The notes below the pieces were generated by a model that was not told where the DNA came from, did no database searches, and was given only the letters and a program-made list of their open reading frames with translations. Both the position numbers and the translations under genes were made by a program. This document shows, piece after piece, positions 48,598 through 58,120 of a stretch of 64,000 nucleotides of DNA. Origin of the DNA: Escherichia coli (GTDB lineage Bacteria > Pseudomonadota > Gammaproteobacteria > Enterobacterales > Enterobacteriaceae); the NCBI RefSeq assembly GCF_048403405.1, contig NZ_CP183129.1, one strand, 5' to 3'. Positions within the stretch are counted from its first letter, which is position 1. Each line of letters begins with the position of its first letter.

Positions 48598-49535
48598 TGA
48601 GCAGACGTGTTGCTACTATCACCCTTAATCCGGCTTATGACCTTGTTGGTTTCTGCCCGGAAATTGAACGCGGCGAAGTGAACCTGGTGAAAACCACCGG
48701 TCTGCATGCGGCGGGTAAAGGCATCAACGTGGCCAAAGTGTTAAAAGACCTGGGAATTGATGTCACTGTTGGCGGCTTCCTCGGTAAAGACAATCAGGAT
48801 GGTTTTCAGCAACTGTTCAGCGAGCTGGGCATTGCCAACCGTTTCCAGGTTGTACAGGGGCGCACCCGAATTAACGTTAAGCTGACGGAAAAAGACGGCG
48901 AAGTGACCGACTTCAACTTCTCGGGTTTTGAAGTCACTCCCGCCGACTGGGAACGCTTTGTGACTGATTCTCTGAGCTGGCTCGGTCAGTTCGATATGGT
49001 CTGTGTCAGCGGAAGCTTACCGTCAGGCGTCAGCCCGGAAGCGTTCACCGACTGGATGACTCGCCTGCGTAGTCAGTGTCCTTGCATTATCTTTGATAGT
49101 AGCCGTGAAGCGTTAGTAGCAGGTTTGAAAGCGGCACCGTGGCTGGTGAAACCTAACCGCCGCGAGCTGGAAATCTGGGCAGGCCGTAAACTGCCTGAAA
49201 TGAAAGATGTGATTGAAGCTGCACATGCGCTACGTGAACAAGGTATCGCGCATGTCGTTATTTCACTGGGTGCCGAAGGCGCGCTTTGGGTTAATGCCTC
49301 CGGCGAATGGATCGCCAAACCACCGTCAGTCGATGTCGTAAGCACCGTTGGCGCAGGGGATTCTATGGTTGGTGGCCTGATTTATGGCTTGCTGATGCGT
49401 GAATCCAGTGAACACACACTGCGTCTGGCGACAGCTGTTGCAGCCCTGGCGGTAAGTCAAAGCAATGTGGGTATTACCGATCGTCCGCAGTTGGCCGCAA
49501 TGATGGCGCGCGTCGACTTACAACCTTTTAACTGA
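48597..49535 (+). CDS. fruK: 1-phosphofructokinase
   Basis: 312 aa, PfkB family (GAGDSMVGG); start overlaps the fruB stop. Confidence 0.95.
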   Translation: MSRRVATITLNPAYDLVGFCPEIERGEVNLVKTTGLHAAGKGINVAKVLKDLGIDVTVGGFLGKDNQDGFQQLFSELGIANRFQVVQGRTRINVKLTEKDGEVTDFNFSGFEVTPADWERFVTDSLSWLGQFDMVCVSGSLPSGVSPEAFTDWMTRLRSQCPCIIFDSSREALVAGLKAAPWLVKPNRRELEIWAGRKLPEMKDVIEAAHALREQGIAHVVISLGAEGALWVNASGEWIAKPPSVDVVSTVGAGDSMVGGLIYGLLMRESSEHTLRLATAVAALAVSQSNVGITDRPQLAAMMARVDLQPFN

Positions 49536-49551
49536 CAGCAGGAGAGGCATA

Positions 49552-51243
49552 ATGAAAACGCTGCTGATTATTGACGCTAATCTCGGTCAGGCACGCGCCT
49601 ATATGGCGAAGACCCTGCTGGGCGCGGCGGCGCGAAAAGCAAAACTGGAAATCATCGACAATCCGAACGACGCTGAAATGGCGATTGTTCTCGGTGATTC
49701 CATCCCGAACGACAGCGCGCTGAACGGTAAAAATGTCTGGCTGGGCGATATTTCCCGGGCAGTTGCGCACCCTGAGCTGTTCCTGAGTGAAGCCAAAGGC
49801 CATGCGAAACCTTACACTGCGCCGGTCGCTGCGACAGCACCGGTTGCCGCCAGCGGTCCGAAACGCGTAGTTGCGGTGACTGCTTGCCCGACTGGCGTAG
49901 CACACACCTTTATGGCGGCTGAAGCCATTGAAACCGAAGCGAAAAAACGTGGCTGGTGGGTGAAAGTTGAAACCCGTGGTTCGGTTGGCGCGGGTAATGC
50001 AATCACCCCTGAAGAAGTAGCCGCAGCAGATCTGGTGATTGTGGCGGCAGATATTGAAGTGGATCTGGCGAAATTTGCTGGTAAACCGATGTATCGCACC
50101 TCTACCGGTCTGGCGCTGAAGAAAACCGCGCAGGAACTGGATAAAGCGGTTGCTGAAGCAACGCCGTATGAACCGGCGGGCAAAACTCAAACAGCGACCA
50201 CTGAAGGTAAGAAAGAGAGTGCAGGCGCTTACCGTCACTTGCTGACGGGCGTCTCTTACATGCTGCCGATGGTCGTTGCAGGTGGTCTGTGTATCGCGCT
50301 TTCTTTTGCTTTTGGTATCGAAGCGTTTAAAGAGCCGGGTACGTTGGCTGCGGCGCTGATGCAGATTGGTGGTGGTTCAGCCTTTGCGTTGATGGTGCCG
50401 GTACTGGCAGGTTATATTGCCTTTTCCATTGCCGATCGTCCGGGTCTCACGCCGGGTCTGATTGGCGGTATGCTGGCGGTCAGCACCGGTTCTGGCTTCA
50501 TTGGCGGTATTATTGCGGGCTTCCTGGCTGGTTACATTGCGAAGTTAATCAGTACGCAATTGAAACTGCCACAGAGTATGGAGGCGCTGAAACCGATTCT
50601 GATCATTCCGCTAATTTCCAGTCTGGTGGTCGGTCTGGCGATGATCTACCTGATCGGTAAACCGGTTGCTGGCATTCTCGAAGGGTTGACTCACTGGCTG
50701 CAGACCATGGGGACTGCGAATGCGGTTCTGCTGGGGGCGATCCTCGGTGGCATGATGTGTACTGACATGGGCGGTCCGGTAAACAAAGCAGCGTACGCGT
50801 TCGGTGTGGGTCTGCTGAGTACTCAAACCTATGGCCCGATGGCGGCGATTATGGCGGCAGGTATGGTGCCACCGCTGGCAATGGGCCTGGCAACAATGGT
50901 GGCGCGTCGTAAATTCGACAAAGCGCAGCAGGAAGGTGGCAAAGCCGCTCTGGTATTGGGACTGTGCTTCATTTCGGAAGGTGCAATTCCGTTTGCTGCC
51001 CGTGATCCGATGCGAGTGCTGCCGTGCTGTATCGTGGGTGGGGCGCTGACTGGCGCAATCTCAATGGCGATTGGTGCGAAACTGATGGCACCGCACGGTG
51101 GTCTGTTTGTTCTGCTGATCCCTGGCGCGATTACGCCGGTATTGGGTTACCTGGTAGCCATTATTGCCGGTACGCTGGTGGCGGGTCTGGCCTATGCCTT
51201 CCTGAAACGTCCGGAAGTGGACGCAGTAGCGAAAGCAGCGTAA
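49552..51243 (+). CDS. fruA: Fructose PTS EIIB'BC component
   Basis: 563 aa; duplicated IIB domains plus IIC membrane domain. Confidence 0.95.
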   Translation: MKTLLIIDANLGQARAYMAKTLLGAAARKAKLEIIDNPNDAEMAIVLGDSIPNDSALNGKNVWLGDISRAVAHPELFLSEAKGHAKPYTAPVAATAPVAASGPKRVVAVTACPTGVAHTFMAAEAIETEAKKRGWWVKVETRGSVGAGNAITPEEVAAADLVIVAADIEVDLAKFAGKPMYRTSTGLALKKTAQELDKAVAEATPYEPAGKTQTATTEGKKESAGAYRHLLTGVSYMLPMVVAGGLCIALSFAFGIEAFKEPGTLAAALMQIGGGSAFALMVPVLAGYIAFSIADRPGLTPGLIGGMLAVSTGSGFIGGIIAGFLAGYIAKLISTQLKLPQSMEALKPILIIPLISSLVVGLAMIYLIGKPVAGILEGLTHWLQTMGTANAVLLGAILGGMMCTDMGGPVNKAAYAFGVGLLSTQTYGPMAAIMAAGMVPPLAMGLATMVARRKFDKAQQEGGKAALVLGLCFISEGAIPFAARDPMRVLPCCIVGGALTGAISMAIGAKLMAPHGGLFVLLIPGAITPVLGYLVAIIAGTLVAGLAYAFLKRPEVDAVAKAA

Positions 51244-51253
51244 TAAAAGGTGT

Positions 51254-51284
51254 GTTACAGGGCAGAAATTTCCTGCCCTGTAAC
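51254..51284 (+). terminator. Hairpin immediately downstream of fruA
   Basis: 12-bp perfect stem gttacagggcag/ctgccctgtaac with a 7-nt loop, followed by a moderately U-rich tract. Confidence 0.55.
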
Positions 51285-51398
51285 ATTTGATGCGCGCAAA
51301 GAGAATGACCGGTTTGTGAATGTAATTTTATGAATTTAAATGGTTTTATCTTTTAGTGGAAACCTGAAACTTTCATCAAACACTAAGGTTATTTCCTC

Positions 51399-51427
51399 AA
51401 GGGCAGATTAATTTCTGCCCTTTTTTA
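51399..51427 (+). terminator. Second rho-independent terminator about 150 bp downstream of fruA
   Basis: aagggcagattaatttctgccctttttt, a 9-bp stem plus T6. Confidence 0.65.
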
Positions 51428-51666
51428 GTGTTCCTGTTCTGTGCATCCCGTCACAAATTCCCCCTTTTTATAATTCAGGTATTTAATCGCGTTTTGTGAG
51501 CCTGCTCAAATCTGCCCATTTTGCCTCTCTGGCGGTAATTTACTTTACGTAAAACATGCATACTATGAGCACATGTTTAAATATGAACACATGTTTAAAC
51601 CGTCTTTGCAGTATCAATATTCTTGTGGATTGACAGGGTTGGTAATTTTTTACCAGAGGACGTGCT

Positions 51667-52608
51667 ATGCGCGAAAAGGATTATGTCGTAATTATAGGTT
51701 CGGCGAATATTGATGTCGCCGGATATTCACATGAATCATTAAATTATGCGGATTCAAATCCAGGTAAAATAAAATTTACGCCTGGTGGAGTAGGGCGCAA
51801 TATTGCACAAAACCTGGCGTTGCTGGGGAATAAAGCCTGGCTACTGAGCGCAGTAGGCAGTGATTTTTATGGTCAATCGTTGCTAACGCAAACCAATCAA
51901 TCTGGTGTTTATGTCGATAAATGCCTGATTGTGCCGGGAGAAAATACGTCGAGCTATTTATCATTACTCGATAATACCGGTGAAATGCTGGTTGCTATAA
52001 ATGACATGAATATTAGCAACGCTATTACAGCTGAATATCTCGCACAGCACGGTGAATTTATTCAGAGGGCAAAGGTCATTGTCGCGGACTGTAATATCAG
52101 TGAAGAGGCACTGGCATGGATTCTGGATAATGCCGCCAACGTACCCGTATTTGTCGATCCTGTTTCCGCGTGGAAATGTGTCAAAGTGCGCGACCGTCTA
52201 AATCAAATCCACACTCTCAAGCCAAACCGCCTTGAAGCGGAAACCCTGAGTGGGATTGCTTTGTCAGGGCGTGAAGATGTGGCAAAAGTTGCTGCCTGGT
52301 TCCATCAACATGGCCTGAACCGACTGGTATTGAGCATGGGCGGCGACGGCGTTTATTACAGTGATATCAGCGGTGAAAGTGGTTGGTCTGTGCCGATCAA
52401 AACCAATGTCATTAATGTTACCGGAGCGGGCGATGCCATGATGGCTGGACTTGCTTCGTGTTGGGTAGACGGAATGCCGTTTGCCGAATCTGTTCGTTTC
52501 GCACAGGGATGTTCGTCAATGGCGCTCTCCTGTGAATACACCAATAACCCCGATTTATCGATTGCCAACGTTATATCGTTAGTGGAGAACGCAGAATGTC
52601 TGAATTAA
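51667..52608 (+). CDS. psuK: Pseudouridine kinase PsuK (YeiC)
   Basis: 313 aa, PfkB family (GAGDAMMAG). Confidence 0.9.
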   Translation: MREKDYVVIIGSANIDVAGYSHESLNYADSNPGKIKFTPGGVGRNIAQNLALLGNKAWLLSAVGSDFYGQSLLTQTNQSGVYVDKCLIVPGENTSSYLSLLDNTGEMLVAINDMNISNAITAEYLAQHGEFIQRAKVIVADCNISEEALAWILDNAANVPVFVDPVSAWKCVKVRDRLNQIHTLKPNRLEAETLSGIALSGREDVAKVAAWFHQHGLNRLVLSMGGDGVYYSDISGESGWSVPIKTNVINVTGAGDAMMAGLASCWVDGMPFAESVRFAQGCSSMALSCEYTNNPDLSIANVISLVENAECLN

Positions 52609-53534
52609 AAATTTCCCCTGAATTATTACAAATTTCCCCGGAAGTGCAGGACGCTTTAAAAAACAAAAAACCGGTTGTGGCGCTGGAATCGACCATTATT
52701 TCTCACGGGATGCCGTTCCCACAAAATGCCCAGACCGCAATTGAAGTTGAAGAAACTATTCGTAAACAGGGCGCTGTACCTGCCACTATCGCCATTATTG
52801 GCGGCGTGATGAAAGTGGGTTTAAGCAAAGAAGAAATTGAATTGCTGGGTCGTGAAGGGCATAACGTGACCAAAGTTAGTCGTCGCGATTTACCTTTTGT
52901 TGTTGCCGCCGGAAAAAATGGCGCAACTACCGTTGCTTCAACGATGATTATTGCGGCGCTTGCCGGAATTAAAGTATTTGCCACCGGGGGAATTGGTGGT
53001 GTGCATCGCGGGGCGGAACATACCTTCGATATTTCTGCCGATTTGCAAGAACTGGCAAATACTAATGTCACCGTTGTTTGTGCCGGTGCAAAATCTATTC
53101 TCGATTTAGGATTAACAACAGAATATTTAGAAACCTTCGGTGTGCCGTTAATTGGCTATCAGACAAAAGCGCTGCCTGCGTTTTTCTGCCGTACCAGCCC
53201 ATTTGAAGTTAGTATTCGCCTTGATAGTCCCACGGAAATCGCTCGTGCAATGGCGGTGAAATGGCAAAGCGGTCTGAACGGTGGCCTGGTGGTGGCAAAT
53301 CCGATCCCGGAACAGTTTGCGATGCCGGAACACACTATCAATGCGGCGATCGATCAGGCGGTAGCTGAAGCTGAAGAGCAGGGCGTTATTGGTAAAGAAA
53401 GCACACCGTTCCTGCTGGCTCGTGTTGCTGAACTGACTGGCGGTGACAGCCTGAAATCCAACATCCAGCTGGTGTTCAACAACGCCATTCTGGCGAGCGA
53501 AATTGCCAAAGAATATCAGCGTCTCGCGGGTTAA
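52596..53534 (+). CDS. psuG: Pseudouridine-5'-phosphate glycosidase PsuG (YeiN)
   Basis: 312 aa; start overlaps psuK. Confidence 0.9.
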   Translation: MSELKISPELLQISPEVQDALKNKKPVVALESTIISHGMPFPQNAQTAIEVEETIRKQGAVPATIAIIGGVMKVGLSKEEIELLGREGHNVTKVSRRDLPFVVAAGKNGATTVASTMIIAALAGIKVFATGGIGGVHRGAEHTFDISADLQELANTNVTVVCAGAKSILDLGLTTEYLETFGVPLIGYQTKALPAFFCRTSPFEVSIRLDSPTEIARAMAVKWQSGLNGGLVVANPIPEQFAMPEHTINAAIDQAVAEAEEQGVIGKESTPFLLARVAELTGGDSLKSNIQLVFNNAILASEIAKEYQRLAG

Positions 53535-53627
53535 TTTCTGACGGGCAGAAAGCCGTCGCCCGTACTCATCAAGCATACCAAAACCTGGCGCTGACGCCGG
53601 GTTTACTGGCATGAAGGGAAAATCATT

Positions 53628-54878
53628 ATGGATATAATGAGAAGTGTTGTGGGGATGGTGGTGTTACTGGCAATAGCATTTCTGTTGTCAGTGAATAAAA
53701 AGGGCATCAGTTTGCGCACGGTTGGAGCCGCACTGCTGCTGCAAATCGCTATTGGTGGCATCATGCTCTACTTCCCACCGGGAAAATGGGCAGTAGAACA
53801 GGCGGCATTAGGCGTTCATAAAGTGATGTCTTACAGTGATGCCGGTAGCGCCTTTATTTTTGGTTCATTGGTCGGGCCGAAAATGGATGTCCTGTTTGAT
53901 GGCGCGGGCTTTATCTTCGCCTTTCGCGTACTCCCGGCGATTATCTTCGTCACTGCGCTCATCAGCCTGCTGTACTACATTGGCGTGATGGGACTGCTGA
54001 TTCGCATTCTTGGCAGCATTTTCCAGAAAGCTCTCAACATCAGCAAAATCGAATCTTTTGTTGCGGTTACCACTATTTTCCTCGGGCAAAATGAGATCCC
54101 GGCGATCGTTAAACCGTTTATCGATCGCATGAATCGCAACGAGTTGTTTACCGCAATTTGTAGCGGGATGGCGTCCATTGCTGGTTCGATGATGATTGGT
54201 TATGCCGGAATGGGCGTACCAATTGACTACCTGTTAGCGGCATCGCTGATGGCGATCCCTGGCGGGATTTTGTTTGCACGTATTCTTAGCCCGGCAACCG
54301 AGCCTTCGCAGGTCACATTTGAAAATCTGTCGTTCAGCGAAACACCGCCAAAAAGCTTTATCGAAGCAGCGGCGAGCGGTGCGATGACCGGGTTGAAAAT
54401 CGCCGCTGGTGTGGCGACGGTGGTAATGGCGTTTGTCGCAATTATTGCGCTGATTAATGGCATTATCGGCGGAATTGGCGGCTGGTTTGGTTTTACCAAT
54501 GCTTCTCTGGAAAGTATTTTTGGCTATGTGCTGGCACCGCTGGCGTGGATCATGGGTGTGGACTGGAGTGATGCCAATCTTGCGGGTAGCCTGATTGGGC
54601 AGAAACTGGCGATTAACGAATTCGTCGCTTACCTGAGTTTCTCCCCATACCTGCAAACGGGCGGCACGCTGGAAGTGAAAACCATTGCGATTATCTCCTT
54701 TGCGCTTTGTGGTTTTGCTAACTTTGGTTCTATCGGTGTTGTCGTTGGCGCATTTTCGGCTATTTCGCCTAAACGCGCACCGGAAATCGCCCAGCTTGGT
54801 TTACGGGCGCTGGCAGCAGCAACGCTTTCCAACCTGATGAGCGCGACCATTGCCGGGTTCTTTATTGGTTTAGCTTGA
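53628..54878 (+). CDS. psuT: Nucleoside transporter PsuT (YeiM), CNT family
   Basis: 416 aa; near-identical paralog of nupX (56815-58065). Confidence 0.9.
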   Translation: MDIMRSVVGMVVLLAIAFLLSVNKKGISLRTVGAALLLQIAIGGIMLYFPPGKWAVEQAALGVHKVMSYSDAGSAFIFGSLVGPKMDVLFDGAGFIFAFRVLPAIIFVTALISLLYYIGVMGLLIRILGSIFQKALNISKIESFVAVTTIFLGQNEIPAIVKPFIDRMNRNELFTAICSGMASIAGSMMIGYAGMGVPIDYLLAASLMAIPGGILFARILSPATEPSQVTFENLSFSETPPKSFIEAAASGAMTGLKIAAGVATVVMAFVAIIALINGIIGGIGGWFGFTNASLESIFGYVLAPLAWIMGVDWSDANLAGSLIGQKLAINEFVAYLSFSPYLQTGGTLEVKTIAIISFALCGFANFGSIGVVVGAFSAISPKRAPEIAQLGLRALAAATLSNLMSATIAGFFIGLA

Positions 54879-54884
54879 GTTTCA

Positions 54885-54935
54885 TTGCCGGATGTACGCG
54901 CTTATTTAGCGTCACATCCGGCAATCGCTCTATTG
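54885..54935. repeat. REP-like palindrome / bidirectional terminator between psuT and yeiL
   Basis: ttgccggatgt ... acatccggcaa inverted repeat. Confidence 0.5.
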
Positions 54936-54945
54936 CAAATAATTT

Positions 54946-55605
54946 TTACTGCATCATCCCTGAGAATTTATTTTCCGGGTCCATCTCCAGTGCCAGTCCT
55001 GACAACTGCTTTCTGTTTTTAATTAGATACCCTTTCTTGCTTTTAATTAATAAACCGTCGTGAATGAATTGCGCTAGAACATATAAAAGATGTCGATAAG
55101 AAACGCCTAAATACTCTGCCGCTTGCGTATGCTTTTCGTGATAAAGATCACCTTCCTGCGAGAGTAATATAAAAGCTGCCAGGCGATTCACTAACGGAAA
55201 TGATTGATTCTGAGTTAAAGAAACAATATTGCGATAATTTTTATGGCTTAAGGTGACGCAGAGTTTTCGTAAAAATAGCGTGTCGTTTAATAACAGCGGA
55301 CGGTAATGTTTCATAGGGAGCGCAAGGCACCAACACTCTTCAATAGCCTGTACCGCACGCGGTTCATGGTCTTTGTCGATTAACTCAATCTCGCCAATAA
55401 AACAGGGAGCGGCAAAGAAATCGATCAGCGACACGCGACCATTAGCTAGCGTGGCGTAAAGCCTGGCGCGGCCTCGCGTCAGGTAAAACAGCCAGGACGG
55501 CTGTTGCCCTTCCTGCACAATGTAGTCACGCGCTAAAAAATGAAACAGCCGCGTATCGGCTGAAACATCCGTTGAAAAGCAATCCTTAAACGCGGATTCA
55601 CTCAT
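54946..55605 (-). CDS. yeiL: Crp/Fnr-family transcriptional regulator YeiL
   Basis: 219 aa from the internal ATG ([10 protein letters not shown]...); cNMP-binding-like domain plus C-terminal HTH. Confidence 0.85.
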   Translation of the reverse strand: MSESAFKDCFSTDVSADTRLFHFLARDYIVQEGQQPSWLFYLTRGRARLYATLANGRVSLIDFFAAPCFIGEIELIDKDHEPRAVQAIEECWCLALPMKHYRPLLLNDTLFLRKLCVTLSHKNYRNIVSLTQNQSFPLVNRLAAFILLSQEGDLYHEKHTQAAEYLGVSYRHLLYVLAQFIHDGLLIKSKKGYLIKNRKQLSGLALEMDPENKFSGMMQ

Positions 55606-55773
55606 CAATTGCTGCTTAAGGTCATTATTGTGGATTTCTTTCACGATGTTTATCCGCTATGAGATTTCTCATATTTAGCATACTTACGCTGTTGTTAAGA
55701 TTCAATCATCGGCCCGGTCGAATTTTCTTTGCTGTAGAAAAAATAACGCAACTGGAAACAGAGGAAATAAACA

Positions 55774-56715
55774 ATGGAAAAGAGAAAAATTATTCTGGAT
55801 TGTGATCCGGGTCATGATGATGCTATTGCCATAATGATGGCAGCGAAACATCCGGCAATAGATTTATTAGGCATCACCATTGTGGCGGGTAATCAGACGC
55901 TTGATAAAACATTAATTAATGGCCTGAATGTTTGCCAGAAACTGGAGATTAATGTTCCGGTTTATGCGGGGATGCCACAGCCCATTATGCGTCAACAAAT
56001 CGTTGCCGATAATATTCACGGTGAAACCGGACTGGATGGCCCGGTATTCGAGCCGCTGACCCGCCAGGCAGAAAGCACTCATGCGGTGAAATATATCATC
56101 GATACCCTGATGGCAAGCGATGGCGATATCACTCTGGTGCCGGTTGGTCCGCTTTCAAATATCGCGGTGGCAATGCGCATGCAGCCCGCAATCCTGCCGA
56201 AAATCCGTGAAATTGTGCTGATGGGCGGCGCTTACGGTACTGGCAACTTTACGCCATCCGCCGAGTTCAACATCTTTGCTGACCCGGAAGCCGCACGCGT
56301 GGTGTTCACCTCCGGCGTTCCGTTGGTGATGATGGGCCTCGATCTCACCAACCAGACCGTTTGCACCCCGGACGTGATTGCCCGGATGGAAAGGGCAGGC
56401 GGCCCTGCCGGAGAGCTGTTCAGCGACATCATGAACTTCACTCTCAAAACCCAGTTCGAAAACTATGGCCTGGCTGGCGGCCCGGTGCACGACGCCACCT
56501 GCATCGGTTATCTGATCAACCCTGATGGCATTAAAACCCAGGATATGTACGTCGAAGTGGATGTTAACAGTGGCCCTTGCTATGGGCGTACCGTCTGCGA
56601 CGAGCTGGGCGTTCTTGGCAAGCCAGCCAATACCAAAGTCGGCATCACTATTGATACCGACTGGTTCTGGGGCTTAGTCGAAGAGTGCGTGCGCGGCTAC
56701 ATCAAAACCCATTAA
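55774..56715 (+). CDS. rihB: Pyrimidine-specific ribonucleoside hydrolase RihB (YeiK)
   Basis: 313 aa; N-terminal DCDPGHDDA nucleoside hydrolase motif. Confidence 0.9.
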   Translation: MEKRKIILDCDPGHDDAIAIMMAAKHPAIDLLGITIVAGNQTLDKTLINGLNVCQKLEINVPVYAGMPQPIMRQQIVADNIHGETGLDGPVFEPLTRQAESTHAVKYIIDTLMASDGDITLVPVGPLSNIAVAMRMQPAILPKIREIVLMGGAYGTGNFTPSAEFNIFADPEAARVVFTSGVPLVMMGLDLTNQTVCTPDVIARMERAGGPAGELFSDIMNFTLKTQFENYGLAGGPVHDATCIGYLINPDGIKTQDMYVEVDVNSGPCYGRTVCDELGVLGKPANTKVGITIDTDWFWGLVEECVRGYIKTH

Positions 56716-56728
56716 GTGTTGATAACAA

Positions 56729-56762
56729 GCCGGGCCGGTATCGCAAGATGCAGGCCCGGCTA
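56729..56762 (+). terminator. Hairpin downstream of rihB
   Basis: gccgggccggtatcgcaagatgcaggcccggc followed by TATTT. Confidence 0.55.
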
Positions 56763-56814
56763 TTTCTGATGGGCAGAAAGCCGTCGCCCAAAATGACATG
56801 AAGAGATAATAACT

Positions 56815-58065
56815 ATGGATGTCATGAGAAGTGTTCTGGGAATGGTTGTATTGCTGGCAATTGCGTTTTTGCTGTCAGTAAACAAGAAGAAGATCAGCCT
56901 GCGTACCGTTGGCGCGGCGTTAGTGTTACAGGTCGTGATTGGCGGCATTATGCTTTGGTTACCACCAGGGCGTTGGGTCGCAGAAAAAGTCGCTTTTGGC
57001 GTGCATAAAGTGATGGCGTACAGCGATGCAGGTAGCGCATTTATCTTTGGTTCTCTGGTCGGACCGAAAATGGATACCTTATTTGATGGCGCAGGATTTA
57101 TCTTTGGTTTCAGGGTATTACCGGCAATTATCTTCGTTACAGCACTGGTGAGTATTCTCTACTACATCGGTGTGATGGGGATCTTAATTCGCATTCTCGG
57201 CGGTATCTTCCAGAAAGCATTAAATATCAGCAAGATCGAGTCATTCGTCGCGGTCACTACCATTTTCCTCGGGCAAAACGAAATTCCGGCAATCGTCAAA
57301 CCCTTTATCGATCGGCTGAATCGCAATGAATTATTTACAGCGATTTGTAGTGGCATGGCCTCGATTGCTGGTTCGACAATGATTGGTTACGCTGCACTGG
57401 GCGTGCCTGTGGAATATCTGCTGGCGGCATCGTTAATGGCGATCCCCGGCGGGATCTTGTTTGCCCGCCTGTTAAGCCCGGCTACCGAATCTTCGCAGGT
57501 TTCCTTTAATAACCTCTCTTTCACCGAAACTCCGCCAAAAAGCTTTATCGAAGCAGCGGCGAGCGGTGCGATGACCGGACTGAAAATCGCCGCAGGTGTG
57601 GCGACAGTGGTGATGGCATTTGTTGCAATAATTGCGTTGATTAACGGTATTATCGGCGGCGTTGGCGGCTGGTTTGGTTTTGAACATGCCTCGCTGGAGT
57701 CCATTTTAGGTTACCTGTTGGCTCCACTGGCGTGGGTGATGGGGGTTGACTGGAGTGATGCGAATCTTGCCGGGAGTTTGATTGGACAGAAACTGGCGAT
57801 TAATGAATTTGTCGCTTACCTCAATTTCTCACCTTATCTGCAAACAGCTGGCACTCTGGATGCTAAAACCGTGGCGATTATTTCCTTCGCGTTGTGCGGT
57901 TTCGCTAACTTTGGTTCTATCGGGGTGGTGGTGGGGGCGTTTTCTGCGGTTGCGCCACACCGTGCGCCGGAAATCGCCCAGCTTGGTTTACGCGCGCTGG
58001 CGGCGGCGACACTTTCTAACCTGATGAGTGCCACCATTGCAGGATTCTTTATTGGCTTAGCGTAG
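56815..58065 (+). CDS. nupX: Nucleoside permease NupX (YeiJ), CNT family
   Basis: 416 aa; paralog of psuT. Confidence 0.9.
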   Translation: MDVMRSVLGMVVLLAIAFLLSVNKKKISLRTVGAALVLQVVIGGIMLWLPPGRWVAEKVAFGVHKVMAYSDAGSAFIFGSLVGPKMDTLFDGAGFIFGFRVLPAIIFVTALVSILYYIGVMGILIRILGGIFQKALNISKIESFVAVTTIFLGQNEIPAIVKPFIDRLNRNELFTAICSGMASIAGSTMIGYAALGVPVEYLLAASLMAIPGGILFARLLSPATESSQVSFNNLSFTETPPKSFIEAAASGAMTGLKIAAGVATVVMAFVAIIALINGIIGGVGGWFGFEHASLESILGYLLAPLAWVMGVDWSDANLAGSLIGQKLAINEFVAYLNFSPYLQTAGTLDAKTVAIISFALCGFANFGSIGVVVGAFSAVAPHRAPEIAQLGLRALAAATLSNLMSATIAGFFIGLA

Positions 58066-58120
58066 TGCGCGATTTATGAGCCGGATAAGACGCGGTCAAG
58101 CGTCGAATCCGGCAAGATTG

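Noticed and set aside
53628-58065. psuT/nupX direct repeats as a mobile element or composite transposon.
   Set aside because: The repeated units are functional transporter genes with no transposase and no terminal inverted repeats; the pattern fits an old gene duplication.
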